From NCBI GenBank assembly GCA_963691875.1, contig OY829846.1, forward strand, positions 4,352,001 to 4,416,000: a stretch of 64,000 nucleotides of DNA. The letters are read 5' to 3'. The position numbers and the translations under genes are program-made. Origin of the DNA: Aureliella sp. (GTDB lineage Bacteria; Planctomycetota; Planctomycetia; Pirellulales; Pirellulaceae). The notes beneath the pieces are model-generated. The model searched no databases, was not told where the DNA came from, and was given only the letters and a program-made list of their open reading frames with translations. This document shows positions 29,404-39,760 of the stretch, in pieces; the stretch's first letter is position 1, and every line of letters starts with the position of its first letter.

Positions 29404-31086
29404 CTACTCGTCCGTTACGCAGCCTTCAGAAGCACTCTTCACATTCTTGATATATTTGTAGAGTGTGCCTCGCGTGGCTTTCAGCGGCGGCGCTTGCCAA
29501 GCCGCCTTGCGCTGAGTCAGATCCTCATCGCTAACGTCAACATCCAAACGATTCTCGTCCGCATCGATGGTGACAATGTCTCCATCTTGCACCAGGGCGA
29601 TCGGGCCGCCGACTTGGGCTTCGGGTGTGACGTGACCGACAATGAAGCCGTGTGAGCCGCCTGAGAATCGTCCGTCGGTGAGTAGGGCGACATCACTGCC
29701 AAGGCCAGCTCCCATGATGGCAGAGGTTGGTGTGAGCATTTCCGGCATGCCAGGACCTCCCTGTGGACCTTCGTAGCGAATGATGATTACGTCACCTTTG
29801 CCGATCTTCTTCTCTTCCAAGGCTTTGAGCATGTCCTCTTCACTGTCATAGCACTTCGCTGGACCAGTGAACTTGAGGCCCTCTTTTCCAGTGATCTTTG
29901 CGACGGAACCTTCCGGAGACAGATTGCCACGCAAGATCTGGATGTGGCCCGTTTTCTTGATGGGCTCCTCCACGGGCTGAATAATACTCTGGCCTTCCTT
30001 CAAGCCAGGTAGTGGCTCCAAGTTCTCGCCCAAAGTCTTGCCAGTGACCGTGATACAGTCACCGTTGAGGAAGCCTTTGTCGAGTAGGTACTTCATAGCG
30101 CCGGGAGTACCGCCGATCGAGTGCAAGTCTTCCTGCACGAATTGTCCGCTGGGCTTCAGGTCCGCGATGTACGGCACGCGATCACTAACCGCTTGGAAGT
30201 CATCGATGCCTAGATCGACGCCGACACTTCGAGCCATCGCAATCAGGTGTAAAACTGCGTTCGTGGAACCGCCTAGAGCGATGACGACGACCATGGCATT
30301 CTCGAAGGCTTCACGAGTCATGATGTCTCGCGGCTTTAGATCCTTCTCAAGCAAATTCAGAATCGCGGCGCCAGCTTGCTGACATTCGTCCATCTTTTCG
30401 GTGTTCTCGGCGGGAATAGAAGCACTGAAAGGCAAGCTCATGCCTAGCGCTTCGATTGCTGACGCCATGGTGTTAGCCGTGTACATTCCGCCACAGGCAC
30501 CTGCACCGGGGCAAGATCGGCGAACGATCGCTTCACGCTCTTCGTCGGAGATTTCACCGGATAGAAATTGGCCGTAGGACTGAAAGGCAGAGACGATGTC
30601 CAGCGGCTTGCCAGAGGGACACACTCCAGGTTTGATCGTACCACCGTAGACCATCAGGGCAGGGCGATTCAGACGTCCCATGGCGATCAGGCAGCCAGGC
30701 ATGTTCTTGTCGCAGCCTGGCAAAGTCACCAAGCCGTCATACCACTGGCCGCCCATGATCGTCTCAATGGAATCTGCGATCAGGTCTCGAGACTGCAGCG
30801 AGTAGCTCATGCCCTCGGTGCCCATCGAGATGCCATCGCTGACGCCGATCGTGTTGAATCGCATGCCGACCAAGCCCGCTTCCTCCACGCCTTCTTTAGC
30901 GCGGTCCGCCAGCTTGTTGAGGTGCATGTTGCAGGAATTTCCGTCGTACCAAACACTCCCGATCCCGACTTGGGCTTTATTCATGTCCTCGGGCTGCATT
31001 CCGGTTGCATAAAGCATGGCTTGCGATGCACCTTGACTCTTCGGTTGCGTGATGCGGCTGCTGTATTTGTTCAGTGAATTTGACAT
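29404..31086 (-). CDS. ilvD: Dihydroxy-acid dehydratase
   Basis: [45 protein letters not shown]. Confidence 0.97.
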   Translation of the reverse strand: MSNSLNKYSSRITQPKSQGASQAMLYATGMQPEDMNKAQVGIGSVWYDGNSCNMHLNKLADRAKEGVEEAGLVGMRFNTIGVSDGISMGTEGMSYSLQSRDLIADSIETIMGGQWYDGLVTLPGCDKNMPGCLIAMGRLNRPALMVYGGTIKPGVCPSGKPLDIVSAFQSYGQFLSGEISDEEREAIVRRSCPGAGACGGMYTANTMASAIEALGMSLPFSASIPAENTEKMDECQQAGAAILNLLEKDLKPRDIMTREAFENAMVVVIALGGSTNAVLHLIAMARSVGVDLGIDDFQAVSDRVPYIADLKPSGQFVQEDLHSIGGTPGAMKYLLDKGFLNGDCITVTGKTLGENLEPLPGLKEGQSIIQPVEEPIKKTGHIQILRGNLSPEGSVAKITGKEGLKFTGPAKCYDSEEDMLKALEEKKIGKGDVIIIRYEGPQGGPGMPEMLTPTSAIMGAGLGSDVALLTDGRFSGGSHGFIVGHVTPEAQVGGPIALVQDGDIVTIDADENRLDVDVSDEDLTQRKAAWQAPPLKATRGTLYKYIKNVKSASEGCVTDE

Positions 31087-31191
31087 CGCGTTCAAGTGGG
31101 GGCTTTTTTGTTAAAGTAAGGGCGTACCAAGTCTACTTTTGAGATACTCAGCTGGGTAGGTTGCTTGCCCGATTCGCGTGGAGCTTTGACG

Positions 31192-31854
31192 ATGAAATCT
31201 TGTTTTCAAAACGCAGGCCGCCTTTGTCTTGTAATATTTTTTCTTCTTGGGGCTAGCTCGGCAATTGCACAGGAGCGCAAACTCGAAAAGGGTTTCAAGT
31301 GGCTTTTTGACGGCAAGACGCTCGACGGCTGGGAAGGCGAGGAAGAGTATTTTCGCGTCGAAGATGGCAACATTGTCGCCGGAACACTTAAGGAAAAGAT
31401 TCCGGTCAACCAGTTCCTTTGCACCGAAAAGCAGTATGAGAACTTCGAATTGATTCTCGAAGCTAAGATTCGCGGCGAAGGCAATAATGCGGGGATTCAG
31501 TTTCGCTCCAAGCGAATTCCAAACGACCATGAGGTTAGCGGATATCAGTGTGACATGGGTGTTGCTTGGAAGAGGCCAGTCTGGGGAGCGCTCTATGACG
31601 AATCGCGGCGCCGGAAAATGTTGGCTGAGGGGCCTCCCGAAAAAGTGTCAAAGTGGCTGAAAGACGGTGATTGGAACGAGATGAAGATCCTCGCCAAGGG
31701 GGATCACGTCCAGCTGTTTCTCAATGGTAAGCTCACGGTGGACTACAAAGAGCAAGGCAAGGACATTCCAACGCGCGGCATCATCGGTCTGCAGATTCAC
31801 TCCGGACCTCCAACCGAAGCCTTGTATCGCAAGATTCGTATTCGCGAGCTTTAA
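31192..31854 (+). CDS. DUF1080 (3-keto-disaccharide hydrolase-like) exported protein
   Basis: LFDGKTLDGW, NAGIQFRS, GYQCD, GIIGLQIHSG. Confidence 0.88.
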   Translation: MKSCFQNAGRLCLVIFFLLGASSAIAQERKLEKGFKWLFDGKTLDGWEGEEEYFRVEDGNIVAGTLKEKIPVNQFLCTEKQYENFELILEAKIRGEGNNAGIQFRSKRIPNDHEVSGYQCDMGVAWKRPVWGALYDESRRRKMLAEGPPEKVSKWLKDGDWNEMKILAKGDHVQLFLNGKLTVDYKEQGKDIPTRGIIGLQIHSGPPTEALYRKIRIREL

Positions 31855-31858
31855 TCTT

Positions 31859-31907
31859 GTAGTAGGATTCGCCAGACTCCTTGGTTCCAACACGCCAGAA
31901 TTCTGGC
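31859..31907 (+). repeat. GTAG-type REP-like repeat with inverted partial partner
   Basis: GTAGTAGGATTCGCCAGACTCC (31859-31880) and perfect palindrome GCCAGAATTCTGGC (31894-31907). Confidence 0.6.
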
Positions 31908-31922
31908 AAAGATCTAAATTCA

Positions 31923-32540
31923 ATGCGACCCAAAGACCCATTTGTCTATTTCGACCTTGGCAAAGTCATGGTCGAGTTTGAGCATGCGAAAGCGGTCGAA
32001 CAGATTGCCGCTCTGGCTCCTTGCAGCGTGGAGCAAGTGCGCGATGTAGCGTTTACTTCTGGATTGCAGAACGAGTACGAAACAGGGCTGATCAACAGCG
32101 ATGCGTACTGCCAACGAGTTAATTCGCTTTTGAACGCCAACTTGCAGCGCGAGCAAATCTTGGAGGCCATCAGCGATATCTTTACGGTGAATCAACCGAT
32201 TCTCGATGCACTACAGTTGTTGCGTGATCGCAGAATCCCAATGGGCATTCTTTCTAACACTTGTTCAGCGCATTGGGACTGGATCGTAGCCCAAAACTGG
32301 CCAATCCCAGGTGACTGGTTCGAGCTGCAAGTGCTAAGTTACGAGGTTCGCAGCATGAAGCCTGATGCTTGGATCTACGAAGTCTGTGAAGAACGAGCGA
32401 GACGCAGACCAAGTGACTTGTTTTTTACTGACGACCGCATCGAGAATATCGAAGCCGCAGAGAACCGTGGTTGGAGCACTTACCACTTTGGCAATGCACA
32501 AGAACTGATCTACAAATTGCAGAGCTGGCTCGACGGGTAA
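31923..32540 (+). CDS. HAD family phosphatase (YihX-like)
   Basis: FDLGKV, ILSNT, SMKPDAWIY, FTDDRIENI. Confidence 0.88.
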   Translation: MRPKDPFVYFDLGKVMVEFEHAKAVEQIAALAPCSVEQVRDVAFTSGLQNEYETGLINSDAYCQRVNSLLNANLQREQILEAISDIFTVNQPILDALQLLRDRRIPMGILSNTCSAHWDWIVAQNWPIPGDWFELQVLSYEVRSMKPDAWIYEVCEERARRRPSDLFFTDDRIENIEAAENRGWSTYHFGNAQELIYKLQSWLDG

Positions 32541-32557
32541 TGGAAAGTTGGTAGCTT

Positions 32558-34447
32558 CTATTTCTTGCCGAGCCACGTTTTTACGAGAGTTTCCGGTGGG
32601 GCGAAGCTGAATGTTGCAGCGTCATTGAAACTGCGACCCTCGCGAAGCAATTTGATCAAGCGATCAAAACGCTGCCGATTGTTCATCATGAAGTTTGTAA
32701 GAGCCATGCCAACCAAGCCTGCCGCTTCTTCGTCCAGTCGATCGTCCAGCAGAGACCGGGCGGAATCGACCTTCTGCATTGCGATCGGAATGGCGGACTG
32801 CCAGCCTGAGACACGTTCATCGCCTCGCTTGTAAGTCGTTGCGACGAGGTTTCGAGCCACGCCTTCCGCAAACCATGTCGGCACCGCTTTGAAGCCGCCG
32901 ACATAAGCGCCAGCAACCACTTGAAGAACCAAAGCTTCTGCCTGCTTCTCTTCCAACTCCTCTCCTGCTGATAGCACGGCGTAGACGTCGAGTGGATCTG
33001 CCATCCAGTGCCCGAGCCATTCTTGAGGGAGTTCTCGATTCTCAGTCATCTTGCCGAATTCACCGTAGTCATAACGGCTCTTGAGAACAAAGATCGTGAT
33101 GCCACCTTTGACGAGCGGATTGCGCGATGGAGCACGCATGAGTTTCTTGGTTTGCTTGACCGCGTTTGTGGCGCGATTCAGGACAGCTTCGACGCTGGAT
33201 GGAGGGACATTTCCAAGGACGACAACCTCGTTGCTGTTTGCCATTTCTGGGGAATCATTCGGAAGCACTTTCGACCACTTGGCGAGACTTCGTTCCTTGC
33301 GCCGCTCAAAAAGCTCTTCGTGCGTAGCTGTTTCCGCCCAACCGGTATTCACGACGGTTTCGATATTCGTTTCAGGAGAATCGCCGTCAAAAGCGGCGCC
33401 TTCGCGAATCCAAGTCGAGATGAGACTGATCTGTTCGTCGGAGAGTGCTGGTCGACCAGCTGGCATCCGCCTGCCTTCGCCTTCTCCCTTCAGTCGCTGT
33501 AGAAGCAAACTTTTGTTTACGTTAGACCCAGCGAATAGCTCGCCACTGTCTCCTCCTCGAAGCAACTGTGTGAAACTGTCCAATCGCAAGTTGCCAGACG
33601 CTCGCATACCACCTATGTGACAGCCCTTACAGTTGTCCATCAAGATCGGAGCGACATCGCGAGAGAAGCTGACTGTCTCGGTTCCGTTCGGCTTCTTGGC
33701 GGTAGCTCTTGGGCGAGGTGCTTCCATCTCGGCACCGTCACGTTTCGCGTAAGTATTGAGATTGGCATTGGGGTCGGGTCCGTCGAACTTAGCGCCCTGA
33801 GCGATCCATGCTTTCAACGCTTCGAGTTGTTCTGGTTTGACTTTGGCTCCACCGCGTGGCATATCTCCCGATTCGATCACTTCGACGAGCATGCTGCCTT
33901 TGGCATCACCCGCGTAGACGACTTTTGCTCCACGGACACCTTTCGCAAGATCTACATAGCTGGCCATGGAGAACTGGCCACGTTGGCTGTTGATGTGGCA
34001 GTTACCGCAGGCACTGATAAACCAAGGTGCAATGTCGTCCTTGAAGCTGACGGGCTTTACCGCAGGTTCATCCGGCGTCATTTTTCCGGTGGTAATATCT
34101 TTCCAGCTGGGAAGTGCTTCTAGCTCAGCACCTTCTAGTTCGAGCAGCCCATGAGCACGTTGCAGCCTTGAGTAGACCGAGCGAACGGCCTTCAATACGT
34201 CTTTATCTTTGGACTTAACTAGCTCGAGAAAATCTTTTTGAACCGCTGCAACTTTTTCTGCACACTTGACGAATTCGCCAGATGTGAAGAGTTTGCCCGC
34301 CTCCGTGGTCTGAGTCGTCATCTCCTTGATCTTCGCGCGCTGCTCGGGCGTGATGGCCGCCAGCAGCTGGCCAGTACACAGGACCAGAATGACGGTGGAA
34401 AGCAATTTGGTGCGAAAGAACATGGCGAAACCAATTCTCTTGAACAT
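32558..34447 (-). CDS. Exported protein with two planctomycete cytochrome c domains
   Basis: SF..DIAP..CGNCH..MP and SF..DVAPIL..CKGCH..RMP; signal peptide. Confidence 0.85.
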   Translation of the reverse strand: MFKRIGFAMFFRTKLLSTVILVLCTGQLLAAITPEQRAKIKEMTTQTTEAGKLFTSGEFVKCAEKVAAVQKDFLELVKSKDKDVLKAVRSVYSRLQRAHGLLELEGAELEALPSWKDITTGKMTPDEPAVKPVSFKDDIAPWFISACGNCHINSQRGQFSMASYVDLAKGVRGAKVVYAGDAKGSMLVEVIESGDMPRGGAKVKPEQLEALKAWIAQGAKFDGPDPNANLNTYAKRDGAEMEAPRPRATAKKPNGTETVSFSRDVAPILMDNCKGCHIGGMRASGNLRLDSFTQLLRGGDSGELFAGSNVNKSLLLQRLKGEGEGRRMPAGRPALSDEQISLISTWIREGAAFDGDSPETNIETVVNTGWAETATHEELFERRKERSLAKWSKVLPNDSPEMANSNEVVVLGNVPPSSVEAVLNRATNAVKQTKKLMRAPSRNPLVKGGITIFVLKSRYDYGEFGKMTENRELPQEWLGHWMADPLDVYAVLSAGEELEEKQAEALVLQVVAGAYVGGFKAVPTWFAEGVARNLVATTYKRGDERVSGWQSAIPIAMQKVDSARSLLDDRLDEEAAGLVGMALTNFMMNNRQRFDRLIKLLREGRSFNDAATFSFAPPETLVKTWLGKK

Positions 34448-34510
34448 TCTCAGGGGTTTGAGATCAGCGGTTTGGACTTCAAACTCGGATTCTCATGTTG
34501 AGAAAACCGT

Positions 34511-34538
34511 AAAAAGAGGGTAGCCGATAGCTACTCCC
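34511..34538 (-). terminator. Candidate intrinsic terminator downstream of the kinase gene
   Basis: Minus strand GGGAGTAGC-TATCG-GCTACCCTC-TTTTT. Confidence 0.45.
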
Positions 34539-34615
34539 GTTCTAATAGCGAAACGAAGGATGGCGTGTACTCAGACCAATCAATGTCGAGAACAACCGGA
34601 GCGGATGTCGCTAAA

Positions 34616-36139
34616 TCAGGCAACTTTGGACGAAATTCTAGGCTGAACTACTAGTGTGTTTTCCAAAGCCCCTGTTCCGCTCTCTTTGGGGCTTTGCGTC
34701 CGCGGAGTAGTCAGTTTTGCGATGAATACCCCGAGAAGGACGGCAAACAAAAACATGATCGCCAAGCCAACGACGTAGATTGGTTTTATTCCAGAGGTAG
34801 TGGGTTGGATTTCTGAAATGTTGCTACTCGCGCGAGATTGGCTGCGACGGGCGATTTCCATTTCCAGATCAATCTTGCTGCTTGCATCCGACTTGCTTGG
34901 ACTCCGCCGAATAAGTACTCCACTGTCTGAGGCTGATAGATTCGTCACCGAACTACCTGATTTGCCAGCGAGTGTGTCGTCACCGCGATTGCTTATCGTG
35001 TCGACTCCTACTTCGACGGCAGATCCAGAATCGCCACCTCGCTCGTCGCCCAGGTTCACTGAGCTGCCAGCACTCGAGCCACTGCTTGAGACAGGAGTTT
35101 TCGTCTTCGCGAGCCAAGCTTCTAGAACCTCTGCAGTCTGATTGGCAGAGGCGTATCGGAATTTGGGATCTTTCTGCAATAGCTTCCAGCAAATACCTTC
35201 CAATTCGCCAGGGCAATCTGTACGCAGCTTTCGAATCTCTGGGGGCATCTCTTTCTGATGCTTCGCAATTCGCTGGGCGATCGATCCGTCAGGAAATGGC
35301 GGTTGGCCGGTTAGCAAGAAGTACATCGTGCACCCCAAACCGTACAAGTCTGCTCGGTGGTCTACGTTGTGACTGTTCAATGCCTGCTCTGGGGCCAGGT
35401 AGTCAGCGGTGCCGAGCACTTTGTCATTGAAGTCCATGGTGAGAGAGGCGTCTTCGTCTTCGGAGAAAAGAGCCAAACCCAGATCTAGCAGTTTAACTTT
35501 GCCTTTGGAGTTGATGAGGACGTTTGCAGGTTTCACATCGCGGTGAATCAAACCGATATCGTGAGCGTGTTGCAATCCGTGGGCGGACTGAGCCATGTAG
35601 TTGGCGACGTCTTCAAAGTCGAGTGGCCCATTGTCCTTGACGATCGTCTGCAAGTCGTCACCATCGACGTATTCCATGACGATGTAGTGTGTGTTGCCTT
35701 CGTGATCAATGTCGTGTGCCCGGACGATGTTCGGGTGGTTCAGCGACGCGATGGCTTTCGCTTCTTGCTGAAAGCGGGCTAGATACGAGGACTTACCAAG
35801 TTTGCTCTGTGGAAGGACTTTTACTGCGCGATGATCGTGCAGCTTGGTATGCTCAGCGAGGTAGACACTGCTCATGCCACCGCTACCAATGTGTCCGAGC
35901 AACTTGTGTTTGCCGAGGAAGAAACCCTTGTACTTACCCAGCAGAAGTTTGTCGCAATGCCATTGAGTGACGATCTTCTTTTCGATCAACTTCTGAGCCA
36001 ACTCAGAAGCAGGTTCTGGGAGTTCACCATCGCTTTCAGCACGAATCTCATCAAGAGCAGCAGTCAGTTGCTCTGGAGTTGAGAGCCCGCTCTTCTCCAC
36101 TAACAGGGCAAATTTTTCTGACTTCTCAACCTTAGCCAT
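34616..36139 (-). CDS. Hanks-type Ser/Thr protein kinase with a C-terminal TM helix
   Basis: IGSGGMSSVY, AVK, HRDVKPAN, DLG (DFG variant), GTADYLAPE; start at ATG 36139. Confidence 0.95.
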   Translation of the reverse strand: MAKVEKSEKFALLVEKSGLSTPEQLTAALDEIRAESDGELPEPASELAQKLIEKKIVTQWHCDKLLLGKYKGFFLGKHKLLGHIGSGGMSSVYLAEHTKLHDHRAVKVLPQSKLGKSSYLARFQQEAKAIASLNHPNIVRAHDIDHEGNTHYIVMEYVDGDDLQTIVKDNGPLDFEDVANYMAQSAHGLQHAHDIGLIHRDVKPANVLINSKGKVKLLDLGLALFSEDEDASLTMDFNDKVLGTADYLAPEQALNSHNVDHRADLYGLGCTMYFLLTGQPPFPDGSIAQRIAKHQKEMPPEIRKLRTDCPGELEGICWKLLQKDPKFRYASANQTAEVLEAWLAKTKTPVSSSGSSAGSSVNLGDERGGDSGSAVEVGVDTISNRGDDTLAGKSGSSVTNLSASDSGVLIRRSPSKSDASSKIDLEMEIARRSQSRASSNISEIQPTTSGIKPIYVVGLAIMFLFAVLLGVFIAKLTTPRTQSPKESGTGALENTLVVQPRISSKVA

Positions 36140-36436
36140 AACGGCCCTTGCTTTTGGGACTTTCCTAGAATTCCCGCACTCTACAAAATGATTCAGTAGA
36201 AGCTGATTCTCAGAGACTAGATTCTTGTTCGACGAGATCGATAGCGAGTTTTCCAAGATCCCTGAGGATAGCAGGAACGGCTGGCGAGTAAACAATGGGT
36301 AACAGATTCGCGGGCTCGGACCATCTTAGATGAATCAGAGCTCGGTGACTATTATTCCAAATCTCTGATATCTCGCAGATAACAGCAATCCAAGTTTTCT
36401 GTTGCCGATTTCTCCGTTCAGTCGGATTACACCACC

Positions 36437-37609
36437 GTGTCAAATTCCCCGAAATGCTCGAAAATACACAGCACGGATGTTCTTGTTTTAGGGGCAGGTG
36501 TGGTTGGATTGTCAATCGCCTGGGAGCTCTCCAAACGTGGACAAAGTGTCATCATCGTTGATGCTGGCCAAATTGGTCGCGGTCGAAGTGGAGCATCCTC
36601 ATGGGCTGGCGCGGGTATTCTGCCTCCGGCGCCGACCAAGAACGCCATCGATCCACTCGACAAGCTAAAGGTCCTTAGTCACCAAGTCCAAGCGGATTGG
36701 GCGAGAGAACTAGTCGAATCTACAGGCGTTGAGACAGGCTACCGAAGATGTGGTGGCATCTACATGGCACTCACCCAAGGTGAACTCGCGACACTTGTCG
36801 CGGGAGAAGCCTGGTGGGACGAGCACGGCATCCAGCATCATCGGCTATCCACTGATCAGCTCGCCGCACTGGAACCAGCGCTTTTCAGCGGCAAGGGCCA
36901 GGAACGAAATGATATCAAAGGAAGTTGGTTGCTTTCCGATGAATGTCAGATTTGTAATCCACATTTGTTAAAGGCCCTTCATGCTGCCTGCGAAGCAGCT
37001 GGAGTTCAGGTTCTCGAGAATTGCGAAATCGTTAACCTTGAAATGAATCCTGAGGGACGAGTTGCAGCAATCTTAACCGCAGGTGGTGAGCGGCTTTGGG
37101 CCGAACAAGTTTGCATCTGCTCAGGTGCCTGGAGCATCAATTTGCTTAAGCAATTTCAAATACCGAACGGCTTGATGCCTGTTCGTGGCCAAATGTTACT
37201 TTACGAATTCAGTGATCCACCTTTGAGCCATGTGATCAATGAAGGCAATCGCTACTTGGTTCCCAGAGATTCCGGCCAGCTGCTCTGCGGCAGTATCGAG
37301 GAGGAAGTTGGGTTCGATGCGGAAACTACTGAGGCGGCTCTGGATAAAATCCGCCTATGGGCCGAATCGGTTATGCCGATGCTTCGAGAGAGGCCTGTTG
37401 CGAAGTCCTGGGCGGGACTCAGGCCTGGCAGCTACGACGGAGTTCCTTATCTCGGCTCGGTTCCCGGATATGAAAATCTGTTCGTTGCGACAGGACATTT
37501 CCGCAGTGGTATTCATCTTTCTTGTGGCACCGCTTTGTGCATGGCCGATTTGATTACAGGGCAGAAGCCAGTACTGGATCTGACGCCTTTTCGCATTGGT
37601 CGTGGGTGA
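36437..37609 (+). CDS. thiO: Glycine oxidase / FAD-dependent amino-acid oxidase
   Basis: GAGVVG, ASSWAGAGIL, PVRGQM, WAGLRP, GHFRSGIHL. Confidence 0.8.
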   Translation: MSNSPKCSKIHSTDVLVLGAGVVGLSIAWELSKRGQSVIIVDAGQIGRGRSGASSWAGAGILPPAPTKNAIDPLDKLKVLSHQVQADWARELVESTGVETGYRRCGGIYMALTQGELATLVAGEAWWDEHGIQHHRLSTDQLAALEPALFSGKGQERNDIKGSWLLSDECQICNPHLLKALHAACEAAGVQVLENCEIVNLEMNPEGRVAAILTAGGERLWAEQVCICSGAWSINLLKQFQIPNGLMPVRGQMLLYEFSDPPLSHVINEGNRYLVPRDSGQLLCGSIEEEVGFDAETTEAALDKIRLWAESVMPMLRERPVAKSWAGLRPGSYDGVPYLGSVPGYENLFVATGHFRSGIHLSCGTALCMADLITGQKPVLDLTPFRIGRG

Positions 37610-37649
37610 AGGGTCGATCCAATCGATTCGGTAGATCAGTCGGACTCTC

Positions 37650-38708
37650 TCAGCGTTGATAGATGGGCAGCAGGCCTCGGTCGAGTTGAAGCATGATTAA
37701 GTTGCAAGCCGTGATGTAGACCGGATCAATCTGTGCTTCCCAGGATCCATCGGCATTCTGCTCTTTGACGATTCGTGAGTAGAGACTGTCGCGGAATGGC
37801 TTCCACTGCTTGTCGCCTTGTCGATAGACAACTTGGCTGTAGTACAAGTATGTGTAATGCCAGTGGCCAAAGGAAGATGCTTCATCGGTCAAGCCGTGTA
37901 GCTTATCTTTGGAGTACTTTAGCATTTCCGGTACGTGCTCGCCGTCGTAGTCGCCCGCATTGTACAGTGCCGCTAGGGCAGCGGCGGTGATTGCGGGTCT
38001 GGAAGTTCCCATCTGCTTGCTAGAGTAGCTGATCCCGCCATCTTCATTCTTGCATTTGTAAATGTACTTTTTGGCGCGTTCGATGACGTCGGCAGAGACC
38101 GCGATGCCAGCGTTGCGGCAACCGCGCAGACCTTGCACTTGGGTGATGGTCGTGGAACCTTCATCGTACTGAGCACCGTCTTTAGCGCTGACGTAACCCC
38201 AGCCGCCTTCGTCCGTTTGAGCAAAGCGACAAAATGAAACCGCGCGGTTCAGGACATCAATCAGTTCTTCACGCGTGTCTTTGAAACCTTCTTCGCCCAA
38301 GATCTGGCTGAGCATCAGCATTGAAAAACCGTGGCCGTAGGTATAGCGATTGTCGCTCAAAGGCTCACCAATGAGTCCATTGGGCCGACTCTTGCTGATT
38401 AGATAATTCGTGCAGCGCTCAATCTGCTTGGCGTACGGTCCCTGGGTTGTCGTCGAACCAGAGCAAATAAGCGCCGTACCAGCCAAGGCGGCCAAAGCCG
38501 TATTATGTGGCGGGGTGTTCCACTCGCCTCGAGTATTTTGATGTCGGGCCAAGTAGTCCAAGCCAGCACGGATCGACTTCTCCCACTCGGGCCGGTAGTC
38601 GGATCCGAAAGTCAACCCAGCACTTCCCATGGCTGCCGTACAAGCCATGGCTCGAGTCAACATGGTTCGGCGTGACACGCGATGCAAGTTAGTGTGTTGG
38701 TTTTTCAT
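37650..38708 (-). CDS. Prenyltransferase/squalene-cyclase repeat protein with Tat signal
   Basis: SRRTML signal; QW-like repeats QNTRGEW, QTDEGGW, KNEDGGI, QNADGSW. Confidence 0.82.
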   Translation of the reverse strand: MKNQHTNLHRVSRRTMLTRAMACTAAMGSAGLTFGSDYRPEWEKSIRAGLDYLARHQNTRGEWNTPPHNTALAALAGTALICSGSTTTQGPYAKQIERCTNYLISKSRPNGLIGEPLSDNRYTYGHGFSMLMLSQILGEEGFKDTREELIDVLNRAVSFCRFAQTDEGGWGYVSAKDGAQYDEGSTTITQVQGLRGCRNAGIAVSADVIERAKKYIYKCKNEDGGISYSSKQMGTSRPAITAAALAALYNAGDYDGEHVPEMLKYSKDKLHGLTDEASSFGHWHYTYLYYSQVVYRQGDKQWKPFRDSLYSRIVKEQNADGSWEAQIDPVYITACNLIMLQLDRGLLPIYQR

Positions 38709-38875
38709 CGGTATTGGGGATGGTGCAGTTGACTTGTTTAAGGCGGAGGGCGAGCCAGAATCAGCTACCCAAAGTGCGTTTCCAAGCATTATTCCCTCAG
38801 GTAAATACACTTTCCATTGGTAGCTAACCTGCCGGTCGCCTTAGTGGCCTCATTATAGCCCGAGCGGGCTGTTTT

Positions 38876-39730
38876 CTACCAAGCCAGCTTTTCGGGGAAA
38901 TACTCGCCAATCAGATCCTGGTAAAAGGGCTTTAGCTGTGACACATTCATTTTCTCATCGCGTTTGGTGTACAAATCGTAACGATTGAAGGCACAAACCC
39001 AGTTCAAACTCGACTGATCCGCTTCCTTCAACAGGTGTTTATAAGCGCCCTCTCGATGAATGGGATAGCAGGAGTGATAGCGAATCATCGCCAATGCTGG
39101 TGCTGGTAAATAATCACACACGACATGATAGAGATACTCGTCGTGCCCCCATGACAGCATCAATTTGTCCAGTCCACAGCCTGGTTCGTAAATTCCGTTT
39201 TCAGACTGGTAGCATTTGTTGTGCCAGTCTGGGTTCTGCTGGAAGGCTTCGTAGTAAACGATCTTTTCTGAATAACGGCAGCCGACCGGAAAGGTATCTC
39301 CCACGACGGACCACTGTGGTTCGCCCCAAAGGCAAAGGATCTTACCAAGATCGTGAATGAGACCTGCCAGGATGAACCAGCGTGGATGCCCATCGGCGCG
39401 AATGGCCTCGGCGGTCTGAAGCAGGTGCTCGATTTGCGGCAAGTCGAGATCTGGATCGCTATCGTCCACCAGCTCGTTGAGAAACTCCATAGCTTCCCAG
39501 ATGCTCATTTCCGCCTTGCTCAGTGATAAATACTGTTCGCGTTTCTGTTTGACGAATTCTAGAGTCTGATGCTCGTGGTTCAAGCGATAGAATTCTTTGA
39601 CGCTGAAACGTGCTTCTGCATCGAAATCACGAAAGCTGTTTTCAGGCTCGGTAGCGTCCCCAATTGGGGCAGGGTAGCGAAGGCGGAGGTCGTCCTCCCA
39701 AGCTTCGATCTCGTCAAATTTTCCTGACAT
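38876..39730 (-). CDS. Myo-inositol oxygenase (MIOX family, HD di-iron)
   Basis: [56 protein letters not shown]. Confidence 0.92.
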   Translation of the reverse strand: MSGKFDEIEAWEDDLRLRYPAPIGDATEPENSFRDFDAEARFSVKEFYRLNHEHQTLEFVKQKREQYLSLSKAEMSIWEAMEFLNELVDDSDPDLDLPQIEHLLQTAEAIRADGHPRWFILAGLIHDLGKILCLWGEPQWSVVGDTFPVGCRYSEKIVYYEAFQQNPDWHNKCYQSENGIYEPGCGLDKLMLSWGHDEYLYHVVCDYLPAPALAMIRYHSCYPIHREGAYKHLLKEADQSSLNWVCAFNRYDLYTKRDEKMNVSQLKPFYQDLIGEYFPEKLAW

Positions 39731-39760
39731 GCGAAGCCTCTGAGTGTGGAGATCAGCTGG

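Noticed and set aside
31087..31191. Possible attenuator for ilvD (argH and proS leaders also inspected)
   Set aside because: No cognate-amino-acid-rich sORF, T-box or terminator visible
34616..36139. DLG instead of DFG in the kinase, and DLG instead of DxD in the HAD protein, as signs of inactivation
   Set aside because: Both are common natural variants in these subfamilies, and the other catalytic motifs are intact
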